DNA from: Ylistrum balloti | Taxonomy: Eukaryota | Direction of reading: 5' to 3' | Length of the DNA: 64,000 bases | Assembly: GCF_031769215.1 (NCBI RefSeq) | Contig: NW_026782426.1 | Coordinates: forward strand, 186,001 to 250,000 | Part shown: positions 63,117-64,000 of the stretch, one piece after another | Position numbering within the stretch: position 1 is the first letter of the stretch | Layout of the letters: the number at the start of each line of letters is the position of its first letter | Notes under the pieces: model-generated | Seen by the model: only the letters and a program-made list of their open reading frames with translations | Told to the model about the DNA's origin: nothing | Databases searched by the model: none | Translations under genes and position numbers: made by a program

Positions 63117-64000
63117 GTAAGTCGTTTTTGAATGGAATATTTTTACTGAGCTATCACCAGAATATAGAGTTTAGGAAAGGTGTGATGTAATTTATAGACT
63201 AGATTGTCACGAAGGTATAAATTGACAGTTACTCGAGCGGTAGTGTGCTTCTTGGATATTTGACAAGTGTTCTCGTGTTATTTACTGTTACAACAGATAT
63301 AACGGTTTCCTATAGGTACTGAAGGATAAGGATTACTGTTGACAGGTGTGATGGATAATGACACGATTAGCAAATACAGGTATTATAAAACTCTTAATTA
63401 CCAAAAAAAGGTAAAAAGTAGAAATCAGTTATCTTCATAAAATAGTATTTTTGATAAAGATATTATATAAATCTTTATTGAGATTATCAATATATTATAG
63501 ATTTATTAATTTGCAAGCGTAATGAGAAGTTATTGTTCAGAAAATTGAATACAATATGTATCTTAAAAAACAGGATAAGAAAGTAAGCTTGATTGTTATT
63601 CTGTTTAAAAAGTCTAAATCCATTGAATTAAATAGTTTGTAGGTCAGGTTGACCTTAAAATGGAGGTCATGTCTAAAAGAACCCAAACAAGTATTGTATG
63701 ATCTAACTTAATGGTTTATTGTAGCACAGAGCTTTTAAATCAAGTAATTGTAATCTTTATAGAAGGAAATAACATTGTTGGAAGTGATTAAGAAAAAACA
63801 AACATTTTTGTTGTTTGGCACTTGAAATGAATGAAGCAGTTTAATCTGTATTTAATCCGTAAATGCTGTTAATATAAATTTAATAAAAAAAAACATTTAA
63901 ATAAGTCGTTAACCATAAAATATGAGATAATTTTTTGATACATTCCAAATTCTAATCCCCAAACGCACCAATTCTGACTCTTATTCGGGATACAGTTGAC

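Larger units (their letters stand above)
61340..64000 (+). repeat. Segmental duplication copy 2 of the 13.1-14.9 kb promoter/leader module, probable 5' end of a third paralog
   Basis: MADIKRSVAETGNQVKMTQ|GTAAGT at 63060-63117, offset 49,341 from copy 1; homology continues to the window end. Confidence 0.9.

Overview
AT-rich eukaryotic (metazoan) genomic DNA; the repeat families look bivalve/mollusc-like (inference). There are no prokaryotic features, CRISPR arrays, rRNA or intact tRNA genes. The backbone appears to be a + strand tandem cluster of Ig-superfamily single-pass receptor genes. (A) 1-1692: the last three exons of one paralog, a cytoplasmic tail with YREP repeats, an ITIM-consensus motif and a long Arg-rich block. 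(B) A nearly complete 12-coding-exon gene, 31560-52792, reconstructed by hand to 716 aa: signal peptide, 5 Ig domains, TM, Cys cluster, polybasic tail. Its putative promoter and leader exons lie near 13.5-14.0 kb. (C) A second copy of that promoter/leader module from about 61.3 kb to the window end, offset 49,341 bp, probably the start of a third paralog. Introns and intergenic DNA contain many minisatellites (several starting at 5' splice sites), Helentron-associated non-autonomous repeats, a mini-Harbinger, a degenerate DIRS/Ngaro tyrosine-recombinase retrotransposon, a DDE+SWIM transposase pseudogene, a tRNA-SINE and a CR1 fragment. There is also a complete 400-bp miniature LTR element whose LTRs carry a tRNA-Thr-like Pol III promoter (Helenus-type TRIM), plus a solo-LTR-like copy. 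All gene models and alignments were done by eye.
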